Shown: positions 38,995 through 49,925 of the stretch, piece after piece
How the letters are laid out: the number at the start of each line of letters is the position of its first letter
Position numbering within the stretch: position 1 is the stretch's first letter
Program-made: the position numbers and the translations under genes
Assembly (NCBI GenBank): GCA_038087875.1
Contig: CM075994.1
Coordinates: forward strand, 4,838,001-4,902,000
From: Malacoraja senta
Taxonomy: Eukaryota
Direction of reading: 5' to 3'
Length of the DNA stretch: 64,000 nt
Notes under the pieces: generated by a model
What the model saw: only the letters and a program-made list of their open reading frames with translations
The model's database searches: none
What the model was told of the DNA's origin: nothing

Positions 38995-39899
38995 TGTAGG
39001 GGTTGATTTCCCTTCACTTCGGGCCCAACTGCCCGAAAAAGGGGTTCCCCTAGGTTCTAGACCTCGGAATTATGGTGGGATATGATAAGAGGTTGACTTG
39101 ACCAGAGCGTGCTGATGAGAGAAAACAGAAACCAAGACGGACTCAAAGCAAGTCTAAAATTTACAGGCTTTATTAAACAATAAGAAATCGAATCTTACCA
39201 ACACTACATAATATGTGACTAAACTTATGCTTTAAACTAAAACTATGGAAAGAAAATTATCGGGCACGTCGTAAAACTTACTTTGACAATATTTTACTCC
39301 CCTTTCCCTTTAGTTACTCAACCTCCTATCCCATTTCGGGAATTTCTCCAGGTCACCAGGATACTCACAGCTAAGTCGATGCAGGCTCACGAGCTGTCCA
39401 GTAGAGCAAAAAGAGAGCAAGAAGGGCAGGAAGAGCGGAAAAGAACAGAGAGCGAGTTCTGGCTGGACTCCTGTTTTATACCTGAGATTCCTTTGAAACC
39501 CCCAGGTGGTCCTCTGTATAAAAGGGGTTATTTTGATGTTTCCCAGTTTCGATCTGGCATGAACAATATGCTTCCGATGATAAGGGGTTTGCTAATGTCA
39601 TGATCCCTCAGCCTGATCGTTATCATCCTCGATGGTGATAGTGCTCTGCTGGCCAGTTTACCACCGTCTGCTGCGGCTTGGTTCCTTCCTTTGTGTATCG
39701 AAGTAAATCTCGTTATCTCCGTCTCAGCCTTACCTTTTCACACCGTTGTGTGATGTCCAAGCCCACAGGCCAGACGGGTTGATTCTTTCTGTGGATTGCG
39801 GGTCTTTCCGTTGCAGCCAGCAAATCTGTCTTTTTAAAATGTCCATGACCTTATCCAAGTTCTTCCATAATTTTGGAGGATTTGCCCCAATAACTTACA
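38995..39899 (-). repeat. 3' LTR (~905 bp)
   Basis: TG..CA termini; purine-rich TAGGGGCA directly upstream on the minus strand; TATAAAA near 39474-39480; AATAAA near 39168-39173; 39738-39899 is repeated at 46756-46917. Confidence 0.9.
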
Positions 39900-40184
39900 T
39901 GCCCCTACGACACGTCCAGGTTTGCACGGACCGTATCGATTGACAAAGTTAGTGGGCAATCCTCCAGCCTCAAGAGCTGTAAACACTCCTGGTGAGAAGG
40001 TTAAATTATGTACCCCGAAAGCCCCCTTAATCACTAAACTAGGCCCTCGAAGCACATTAACTTACACTATATACCTTTTACTTTACATCAATCCCACAAA
40101 CCATACAGTACCCTCACGACCATTCCCTGAAAATGCAGGGATTACAACATATGTACAAAACTATTGCACTAGAGTACAGCCATT

Positions 40185-41830
40185 TTACAGTGATGGGGCG
40201 TCGTTACGGTGACGTCGGGCGGCTCGATTTACGAGCTGTTGTAATTTGGCCATACTCCTCCGCCTTTTAAATTTGCAATTAATGCATAGCAAATACAGCA
40301 CAATTGGTCGTGCCGAGGTTCCCATCACAGCGATTCTTACGACCACTCCCATTATGGTGTGATTGGATTTTCCGCAATCCACCGGTACCGGGTAGGCCTC
40401 GGAGGCCACACGAAGCTGACAAGGACTCAACGTGCTGTTATAAGGGTGTAGCGCTGCTAGGTGCTGGTTTCTTATCCAGGAGGGGACCCGACCTTGCCTC
40501 AGGTCTTCCAGGTTGCTCCTCCCCTCCCCCAACAACCACGCACCACACAGCCCACACACCTCATTCTTTGCAGCCTGATCGGACGCATTCCGGTCCTCTT
40601 TAATCAAAGCGTTTATCGTTTTTGCATGTGTCTCCAATTGTGCTACGATTTCCTTTAGATGTAGAGTCATTGCCACCTCTTCATGCAGTCCCGATCCTAC
40701 CACCGCATTTTCCTCCCCCAGAACCTTTCGTAACTGGCCCTTCAACTGATTGATCTGCAGGGCCAGTTCTACGTTGTCCATGCTATTAGTAATAGACGTC
40801 CCCGTGTTAAATGCTGTAAACCCGTCGTTAACCTCCCCTCGTCATTGCCTACCGGACCCCAAACTGAAATCCCCTCCCCCGCGGTACATCTCTTCTATGT
40901 CTATGTCCCCAAAATCCAGGTTGTGGAATTTCTGGAACATGTCTTTTAGCAGGGCCTGATATAATAATTCCGTCTCGCGGGGGCACCATGCAGGTAACCG
41001 CACTTCAGTCAAATTTAATACTACTGAGGCCATAGCGTAATGCACTCCCTCGTACAGCACCCTTTTGGTTGGGACATGTGCTAACCCATTCTCCGGCCCT
41101 TTGGTGGTGGTTGGACAGTTGTGAGGGTCGATCGGTTGGGCTGTGGGTAGGGGCTTCTTCACCTGAACCAGCAATTCTGTGGCTTTTACTGTCATCCCAG
41201 CCCTGGGGGGCACAGATGCCTGCCCACTGCGGTCCCAATCTGTCCAGTTCCCGGGGTTCTGCCACACTTGACGAAAGTGATTGATGCCCCTACCGGACAC
41301 AACTTGGCAGTCCCCCATAGACATAAATAAAGCCCCTGATCATAGGCCCACCATTTGTCCCAACATACAGTGATCCCTCCCGGTGACCCCGTGATGGTCC
41401 GGTAGGTATAATTGTCCAGTCTTTCCCAGTCCGAGGATCGATCCCTCATGTCCGAGCTCAGCTTCCTGAGCCACCACCATCTCCCCAAAAGAACGTCCCC
41501 CTTACAGGTTAAACACACCCGCCTGCCCTCAGTCACCCTAACCCGGTCGGTAGCCATCTGTATCTCGGCACAGGGTATGGATGCTTCCCCGTAGGCGAAG
41601 CTCCTGTGGCTGGAGAACCTGGTCGAGTTCGACCCCAGCCATCCAGGCCATGTCCCCTCGTGGGAGTATCCGGCCTGGCTATCCGCTACCAGGTTTCCTT
41701 GCCCAGTAGACACGAGGGGTGCTATGTCCCCTGAGCACCCATATACGATGGACTCCTCCGTTTCCCCGCGACGCGCCACGCACATCCGGAGGCACATCAT
41801 TGCCATCATCTAGACGGCGGGGCTACCCAT
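40185..41830 (-). pseudogene. env: env-like glycoprotein gene (signal peptide, Ig-like domain, furin site, fusion peptide and heptad repeat), disrupted and probably internally deleted
   Basis: ATG at 41830 right after a splice acceptor; MGSPAV*MMAMMCLRMCVA; frameshift near 41325; R-Q-*-R|GEVNDGFTAFNTGTSITNSMDNVELALQINQL; several N-x-S/T sites; short hydrophobic stretch followed by KFKRRR. Confidence 0.75.
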
Positions 41831-41851
41831 CTGGAAAACAAAGCGAAAAAC
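41831..41851 (-). promoter_or_regulatory. Splice acceptor for subgenomic env mRNA
   Basis: Minus strand GTTTTTCGCTTTGTTTTCCAG|ATG directly before the env start. Confidence 0.7.
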
Positions 41852-42070
41852 CTCCTTGCCTCCACAAAGCTATCTGCCTAATAATGGCATTTGAGGCTTT
41901 GATTTGTCTGTTGTGGTCCACTTTACCACAGCTCATCCCTTCGATCCTGTACTGTCTGTCCCTGTACTCCCTTGTAGCTATACAAAACCTTATCTCTAGT
42001 TACGCTAACTACATCTACTTACACAAAAAACAATGCTATATACAACGCCACCCGTCTCCGGTTGGCCAAC

Positions 42071-45000
42071 TCATAACCGGTCCCCGTCATGCTGGGGCCA
42101 CCCCTCTGGTGGGCCCACCCGTGCAGGCCAGAACTCCTCCTGTTGAGGGGCCTGACTGCCCCTCGCCTCCCTTTGCACTACGGGGTTTTGAGTTACCCCT
42201 ACGTTCCCTGTGGAGACTGGGCTCCCTCCAGCTGCACTCCGTAGTGCCCTGTTTCGGCCGCTCACCTTCCTGGCCCTCCTGTGGCCGGCCCTAGCCCTAG
42301 GTTTAATTAGGGATGGGGACCACCTTATAGGTGGTTTAGTGACCCTGTCACTCCTACGTCTGACCGGGGGTTCCCACACCAGAGGTGATACCTCCATCTC
42401 CTCTGTTTCTGCTAGTTCTGCCGCTCTTAGGCAGTCTACGGTACCTGCCTGTGGAGGGCTGGAGTCAACCTCCTTCTCCGCTGCTTCCAGTCCTCGCCCT
42501 GGGACAAAGCCGGCTACTTCAGGCTGACTACCTGTGGACTCGCCTGGCTCCACTATGGTTTCCACATCAACCCGGGTCTGTTCTTGATCCTGTTCTCTGA
42601 CATGTACCCCTTTCTTACTTTTCCCTGCCCTTGTGGGGTCAAACAATTTGCACTGGTTGATGTGGAACCATTTGACTTTACGGGGAATCTGAATGGCATA
42701 CACCATGGGACTGGCTTTGTCCGCTATGTTGTATGGGCCCGCATACAAGGGTACAAACACCCCTACCCTAGCATATCTCCTGACCATTACCTGGTCTCCC
42801 ACTGCCCACTCGCAATGCCTGCGAGGTTCCAGCAGTAGCTTGTTTCTTTGGTGCTAGGCCCCCATGTATCTGGCTGCCTGCCAGTGAACCTGCCTAAGTT
42901 GTTCAAATAGCCTCTTGGCAAACTTGTCCCGGTTCACTTCCCTGAGCTGTCCCTCTGTTAGGGCTGGGACCATAACGTGCATAGGCGTTCTCATGACCCG
43001 GCCTGTTATAAGCTCATGGGGAGAGTACCCCGTACTCCTGGACTGGCTGGCTTGAATCCCCATAAGGACCAGGGGTAAAACCTCCACCCACCGGTTGGGT
43101 GAGTCCCCTGTTTCCTTCCTTATCCTTTCCTTTATTGTCCGGTTCAACCGCTCCACCGGACCCGAGGACTGGGGGTTGTAGGCCACATGCCACTTGGCCT
43201 TGATGCCCAGTATTCTAAGGGTGGACTGCATGACCTATCCTGTGAAATGGCTCCCCTGATCTGACTCCACACACTGTGGGAGTCCCTACCTGGTGAACAC
43301 CTCGCTCACCAGGATTTTTGCCGTACCCATTGCGGTGGCTGCTCTGCAAGGGAAGGCCTCTACCCATTTTGAGAACACATCCACAAGGACTAAGTAGTAC
43401 TTGTAACCCCCTTGTGCGGTTGGAAGGGGTCCGATGTAGTCGATTTGAATAGACTGCCATGGCACCTCCACCCTCCTGATGTGTCACTTAGAAACCTTCC
43501 TTTTCTGGGGGTCTGGATTGTTTGCTGCGCAAACCAGACAGCTTGCACTAAAGTGGCGAACATGTTCCCTGAGCCCTGGCCACCATCCTGCCATCTCTAC
43601 TCGCTGCCATGTGGTCTCTGGCCCGGGGTGACCTGCCCCTGGACCCTCATGGGCTAGTTTTAAAAATTCCCTTCTGTACAGGGAAGGCACTACCCACTTA
43701 TCTCCCTTGAATAACATGCCTTCCTTTACTGCCATGTCTTTACCCCCATACGGTCCCTCTATTTTCTCCTGCCTGCAAATGGCTGCTGAGGCAGCCTTTA
43801 AAATAGGGTCTTGTGCCTGGAGCGTGGTCAGGTCCGGAGCCAAAACCACTCCCGCACTCTCCTTTTCCCGAGGCCGCTCCCTGGCTGCAGCTACCTGTCC
43901 TTCCTCATAGGGGTCCCATGCTTTCCCACTCCTGGCTCCTTCCCTGGCCAAGCAATCCGCCCTCTGATTTCCTTTGCCCCGTGGCTCCGTTTTGGAATGG
44001 GCCTTCACCTTATGGATATATCTATCCCCACCCTTCTCTACGGCTGCTACAATCCTCTCTAATAGGGGTTTAGTGGTCAGGGGCTTCCCGTCCGATGAAG
44101 TGTACCCTCGGCGGGACCAGGTGGCCAAATATTCCGTGCAGGAATTGGATGTGAACATGCTGTCCGAACATATGGTGTATGGAGTGGGGAAACGCTCGGG
44201 ATGGGTCACCACGTACATTACCGCCGCCAGCTCGGCCTGCTGGGCGCTTAACGTATGTGGGAGTTTAAGAGCTAGGGCTATCTCTGCCTCGGGGTCCCAG
44301 ATCCCACAGCCCGTGAGCCGTATGCCCTCGGACACGAAACTGGACCCGTCCACGTATATTTCCCTACCCGTGGGATGTAACCCTGCTCAAAGCCCAAAGT
44401 CCACCTCCCATACCCCTTCCACCGAGCAATGGTGTGGCTCCCCTGGGTACACCAAATTGTCTGCGAGCTTGGGCTCACATAACCTCTCAACCCGTAAGGC
44501 CGTTTGGGAAAGGAGAAGGGTCCAGCGAGTGATCCTCGCACTGCTAACGGTCCCATCCTTAATCCGACCGTCCAGCAGCATCTGGGTTGGGGTATGGTGG
44601 GTCAGGAGGGATATGGGGGACATTCTTATGAAGACCTGTACCCTCTTCATTGCCCAGTATGTGGCTAGCAGGTGCCGCTCACTGTTTGAATAGGACCTTT
44701 CTAACTCTGTGAGGACTCTGGAGGAATACACCACTGGCCTTAACTTGCCGTGCCGTTCCTGCGCTCAGGCCATCGCTGCTTGCGGCTACCTCCAGGAAAA
44801 AATCCTCCCTGCAGTCAATGGCTCCCAGAGCTGGGGCCTTTTGCAGGTCCCGCTTCAAATAGATGAATGCCGACTCGCACTGCTCATCCCACTCCCACTA
44901 TACCCCTTTGCGTAGCAGCCGGCATAGTCCTCTATAAAGTCTCGGCAGTAGCCCGTGACTCCCAGAAATGATCTGCCCCCCCCCTCCCACGTCCGTTGGG

Positions 45001-46269
45001 ACTGTGAGTTCCTGCACTGCCTGCCTTCTTGCTGTATCGATACCCCTTTCTCCGGCCCTAAGGGTCAGTCCCAAGAACTTTACCTCTTGTAACCCTATCT
45101 GTGCCTTATTGGGATTTATTTTTAAACCGCTCTTACAGAGCAGCTCCAGCAGTTCATTTACTAGGGGCCCATGTTCCTCACTGGTGTCCGTGAATAGCAA
45201 AATATCGTCCACATACTGGACGATCTTGTGGGGCTCACTAAATTATTTTAAACATTCTGCCATACATTGGTGGAAAATACTGGGGCTATTGTGGAACCCT
45301 TGGGGAAGACAGTTCGACGTGTACTGTTGCCCCTTGAATGTGAAAACAAATTTGTACTGGTCTTCCTTCCTGACCGGGATAGACCAGAAACCGTTCGAGA
45401 TGTCTAGCACCGTAAATAGAGATGCAGACGCTGGAATTTCCGCTAATAGGTCTGCTACAGCTGCCACATTTGGTGCGCAAGCCGGAATATTCTTATTCAG
45501 GACCCTATAATCTACCGTGGCCCTCCAGGAATTGTGTGGCTTCCGTATGGGCCAGAGCGGTGAGTTCACGTGGGTGGCTATGGGCCTCAAAACGCCTTGC
45601 TTAACCAGTGAACTCAGGGCGACTTCGAAGTCAGCCTCCGCCTCTCGGGGAAATCTATACTGTTTCTGCGGTCGGGACATGGGATCCCCGTCTATCCTGA
45701 CCTCTGTTCCTGTGACCCTTCCACAGTCGTGCTTGTGAGTAGCGAATGCGGCCAAATTTCATTTAACATGGCCTCGATACTCGGTCGGGGCTGCCTCACT
45801 AGGACCTCTAGATCGTACCCCTCTCTGGGCTTCACGACACACAGAGCCCCTCTCTCTGATGCCCTCTCGATGACCATTAACTCCTTCTCTCTCTCAGCCC
45901 CTTCTCCTGCTATGCCCCACAAACAGTGGTTTCTCAGGTCCACCAGGACCTGGTGGGCCACTATAAAGTCGGCGCCTAGTATCCCCGTTCCCTCCTGCTC
46001 CCAACTCATCATCACGCATTTCCACTGCGCCTGGAGTGCTCCTAATTGAATGGACAAAACCCTGTCTTCTCGTATCCTGTAAAACCGACAGGACTATAGG
46101 GTACCCCACTAGTTAGAGGGAATGTACCGGGATTGTCCGTGTGGACAATAGTACTGGAAGCACCTGTGTCCAGCAGGTAACTCCCGACCACATCCTGGAC
46201 CTTCATCTTGACCCAGGATCTCCCACATGGGCCATACTTTAACGGGCATAGGAATGTGGGCTGTTTCAC
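42071..46269 (-). pseudogene. pol: pol: protease, RT, degenerate RNase H/tether, second RNase H, integrase with GPY/F motif and long C-terminal tail
   Basis: LLDTGASST; NSPLWPIRK..WRATVDYR..LDISNGFW..LPQGF..YVDDILL; YSSRVL..ERSYSNSERHLLA; YVDGS..SAQQAELAAV..SDS..VKAH..GNQRAD; HHCC; IDYIGPLP..VDVFSKW..SDQGSHF..PQSSGPVERLN. Confidence 0.92.
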
Positions 46270-46275
46270 TGGAGG

Positions 46276-46755
46276 TCATAAAGGGGCCGGGGGTGCGGAT
46301 ACGGGTGCGCCCTGGCCTGTTGCCATGGCTACCTGTCCGGACCCTCCCGCCTTTGACTGCAAATAGGTAATTAGATCTCTTACATCTATTGTTACTTCCG
46401 GGGCTGGGTCTGCTGTTACCGGAGTCCTATCCCCCACTGCTCTACTTGGGTTTCTGTACTCCCTCTTGTAATGCCCGGCCTTCCCACACCCGTAGCACAA
46501 CAGCCTCATCTCGGAAGATGTCTGGGTACCTTCCTGTTTCCACTGCCTCCTTTTGGGGGGTGCCGGTACTATTTCGTGCACCTTGCCCTTAAAGGGCTTC
46601 TCCTCACTTCTCTCCCCATTGCGGTATGCAAGGGTGAGCTTCCTGATCACCTCCGCCTCGTTAAGGTTTGGGTCAGCTGGGTCGAACCAGTGCTCGACCT
46701 TTGCCCTAACTCGCGGGAGGCATTTCGCCACCAGAGTCTTCAGCCAGTTATCTGT
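46276..46755 (-). pseudogene. gag: gag C-terminal remnant with zinc knuckle
   Basis: CYGCGKAGHYKREY knuckle; the N-terminal part was removed by the deletion that also took the PBS and most of the 5' LTR. Confidence 0.8.
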
Positions 46756-46917
46756 TCACACCGTTGTGTGATGTCCAAGTCCACAGGCCAGACGGGTTGA
46801 TTCTTTATGTGGATTGCGGGTCTTTCCGTTGCAGCCAGCAAATCTGTCTTTTTAAAATGTCCATGTCCTTATCCAAGTTCTTCCATAATTTTGGAGGATT
46901 TGCCCCAATAACGTACA
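46756..46917 (-). repeat. Truncated 5' LTR (outer ~160 bp of U3 only)
   Basis: Near-identical to 39738-39899 (about 4 substitutions by eye). Confidence 0.92.
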
Positions 46918-47329
46918 TTGATAAACGCTGTTTCCATCATTCGCACTTCAGAATTCACGTTAAAATGTCCAGTGAAATATCTCATGGCCAAATTTGTGAT
47001 GTATATGACGGACTGTAGAAGTAAAACCTGGATAAATCCAAAGTATAGTTGTGAATGATGCTCATTAAATAACTACAGTAATGATACTCCATATTATGAG
47101 CAATTACTTGCCGTTAAAATGAATTCTGTAATAACGTGTCAACGGTAGCAGTGACAATCGAACACTACGGTTTTAATGGTTCACGTGTTTACAATTTAAT
47201 TAATCCATCTTTATGGACTAAAACAAATAATAACATTGGGAATGAAAACACATTTGATTGCATTCCGTTATCAAACATAGTCAATGTTCGCTCTGAAGAC
47301 ATTTCGAGCACAATAGGGCCAGGGAGCGG

Positions 47330-48630
47330 GTGGTGTGAATGAGTGCGGGGTGGATAGATGGCGGGGGGGTTGAAAATGTAATCGGTGCGGAATGGATGGA
47401 TTGAGGAAGGTGAATTAGCTGGTGTCGGTTGTAGTATATAAAATTGTGAGGGGAGAGCACGGGGGATGTCAGTGGTGTTGCATGCGGGGTACAGTATGAG
47501 ATGGATGGGGGGGGGGGGGGGGTTCAGTACAGGGTGAATGGGGGATTCAGTACAGGATGAATGGAGGTAGACAAAAATGCTGGAGAAACTCACCGGGTGA
47601 AGCAGCATCTATGGAGCGAAGGAAAAATGCAACGTTTCGGGTCGAGACCTTTCTTCAGACTGTTCCCCACTTCTTGTTGAATGGGGGTTCAGTACAGGAT
47701 GGATGGGGGAATCAGCGCAGGATGAATGGAGAGATCAGTACAGGAAGAATGGGGGAGGGGCAGATCAGTGTGCATCGGACAGTCTGTGCAGGATGAATGG
47801 GGAATCACTACAGGATGAATGAAGGGATCAGTACAGGATGAGTGGCGGATCAGGACAAGATGAATGGAGGGTTCAGCACAGGATGAATAGGAGGTTCAGG
47901 ACGGGAAGAATGGGGATAGACAAAAGTGCTGGAGGAACTCAGCGGTGACGCAGCATTTATGGAGCGCAGGAAATAGGCAACGTTTCGGGACGAGACCCTT
48001 CTTCAGACTGTTCCCCCCGTTCTTCTTGAATGGGTGTGTTAGTACAGGATGGATATGGGGGGGTGGGTCAGCGCACTAGGAATGGGAGGATCTGTACATG
48101 ATGAATGGGCGGGTCGGTACAGTGTAAATCGAGGGGGTTGGGTCTGTGCAGGATGAATGTTGCATCACTACAGGATGAATGAGGGGGTTAGCACATGATG
48201 AAAGGGGATAAGTACAGGGTGAATGGGGGGGGCAGTAAAATATGAATGGGGGATCAGTAGAAGATGAATGGGGAATCAGTACAGGATGAATGAGGGGTTC
48301 AGTATAGGATCAATGGGGATCAGTACATGATGAATGAGCGGATCAGTACATGATTAATGAGAGGCTCAGTACAGGATGAATGGAGGGTTCAGTAAAAGAT
48401 GATTGGGAAGATCATTACAGGATGGGTGGGGGGATGTCGGTGCAGGGTAAATGTAGAGTGGGTCAGTACGGGATGAATGGGCGGATCAATACAGGATGGA
48501 TGGGGGGGGGCAGTGCAGGATGGATGGGGGTGGCAGGAGAATCAATGCGAGGTGTATAGGGTGATCAGCGCAGGATGAATAGATGGTGGAGGTAGATGGG
48601 GAGTGGAGCACAGGGGATGTCAGGTTGGGT
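47330..48630. repeat. G-rich minisatellite, unit about 22-25 bp (cagtacaggatgaatggggggat)
   Basis: Dozens of degenerate copies; two embedded Penelope terminal fragments. Confidence 0.9.
47629..47662 (-). ncRNA. Minimal hammerhead ribozyme-like motif in a Penelope terminal fragment
   Basis: Minus strand CUGAAGA-aaGGUC-uc-GACC-c-GAAAC-GUU; paralogues at 47977-48010, 23282-23311, 37873-37900 and 29349-29378. Confidence 0.6.
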
Positions 48631-48649
48631 AATTTACATAGCCACGCAA

Positions 48650-49770
48650 TAAGTGACCATGTTTATCTTTGAAAAACTAATTTGTCGCTTTAGCACTATG
48701 TTTGGAATCATTGTTTTGCTTCAGAATGGAACCGCCAGCAATGAGTTTTGAGGCCTTTGTATGAACTTGACCAGATAGGATGTTTCTATACACTTCAGAA
48801 TTCATTATGTAACTACAATCAGCAGTTGTATCATCAATGAATATAAGAGAGCCAGTACCTTCAGCAGCCATACATGTCTAGGCCATAACACCTTACAACC
48901 TTACTTTCGAGATAAGGTGGTATGCTTTGGATCTTGGGCAGTTCATTTCCTCCCCTAGACTTTGCTGGTGCCATCGCTCAGATAAAAGTAAATGTTCGTC
49001 TCATCGGTCCACATAACATTTTTTTTTACAGATCTGTGGTTGTTCTTTATAGTACTTCTTGGCAAAATGTTACCTGGCCATCCTATTTTTGCGTCTAACC
49101 ACAGGTTTGCATCTTGCAGTGTAGACTTGTATTTCTGTTCATGACCTCTTCTGCGGACAATTGTCTTGACAAATACACACCTGAGTCCCGAAAAGTGTTT
49201 CTGATCTGTCGGACAGATGTTTGGGTATGTTTCCTTATTATGGAGTGAATTATTCTCTAATCATATATGGAGGTCTTATTTGGCTTGCCAGTCCCTTTGC
49301 GATTAGTAAGCTCACAAGTGTTCTCTTTCTTCTTAATGATGATACAAACAGTTAATTTTTGTAAGCTTAATATTTGTCTCTTACAGTTTTATTCTTGATT
49401 CTCAGACTCACAATGGCTTCATTGACTTTCATTGTTACAACGTTGATCCTTATGTTGATAAACACAATATCATTTTCTAAATGTGATGGAAAGACGAAAG
49501 TAAAGACTAGGTGCTGAGAGCTCACTTATACCTGCATTAAGGAGGCATTTAAATACACCTGAGCAATTACAAGCACACGTTAAGCCATGTGCCCCAAACA
49601 TTATGGTGCCCTGAAATGGGGGGACTCTGTATAAACACAGCTGTATTTTCTACATGATGAAACCAAATTGTGTAAATATAACATTTAATAACATCTGACA
49701 ATGTGCACTTGAAACTCATATGATTTATTTGTATTACTAGATTGTGTTGAGAGGAAAATAAATAAATTGT
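48650..49770 (-). mobile_element. Tc1/mariner DNA transposon relic
   Basis: Minus-strand VMWTDET near 49000 and MAAEGTGSLIFID..MNSEVYRNIL..QNNDSKHSAK, matching the first two acidic motifs of a Tc1 DDE transposase. Confidence 0.85.
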
Positions 49771-49774
49771 GGGA

Positions 49775-49925
49775 CTTATGGAGGACATTCCTGGGAGTAT
49801 AGAAATAAACCGGAGCACTTAGAGAAAGCCCACGCTGTCACAGGGAGAAAGTACACCCTCCGTACAGTCAACCCCCATACTCAAGATCATACTCTGGCCT
49901 TACTCCCTGTCCATAAAGGTAGCAA
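49775..49925 (-). mobile_element. HE1/V-SINE fragment
   Basis: aaaccggagcac..gagaaagcccacgctgtcacagggagaaagtac is the reverse complement of the V-domain-like block. Confidence 0.6.

Larger units (their letters stand above)
38995..46917 (-). mobile_element. Endogenous lokiretrovirus-like provirus (gag-pro-RT-RH-RH-IN plus F-like env)
   Basis: TSD TTGA at 38991-38994 and 46918-46921; complete 3' LTR; truncated 5' LTR; all pol motifs present; env-like gene. The LTR-element call is firm; the lokiretrovirus assignment is inferred from architecture. Confidence 0.8.

Noticed and set aside
43974..45510. Long + strand ORFs antisense to pol (239 aa and 180 aa)
   Set aside because: They are shadow frames of the minus-strand pol with no independent motifs.
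47330..48630. Repeat array as a CRISPR locus
   Set aside because: The units are degenerate and head-to-tail with no unique spacers, there are no cas genes, and the context is eukaryotic.
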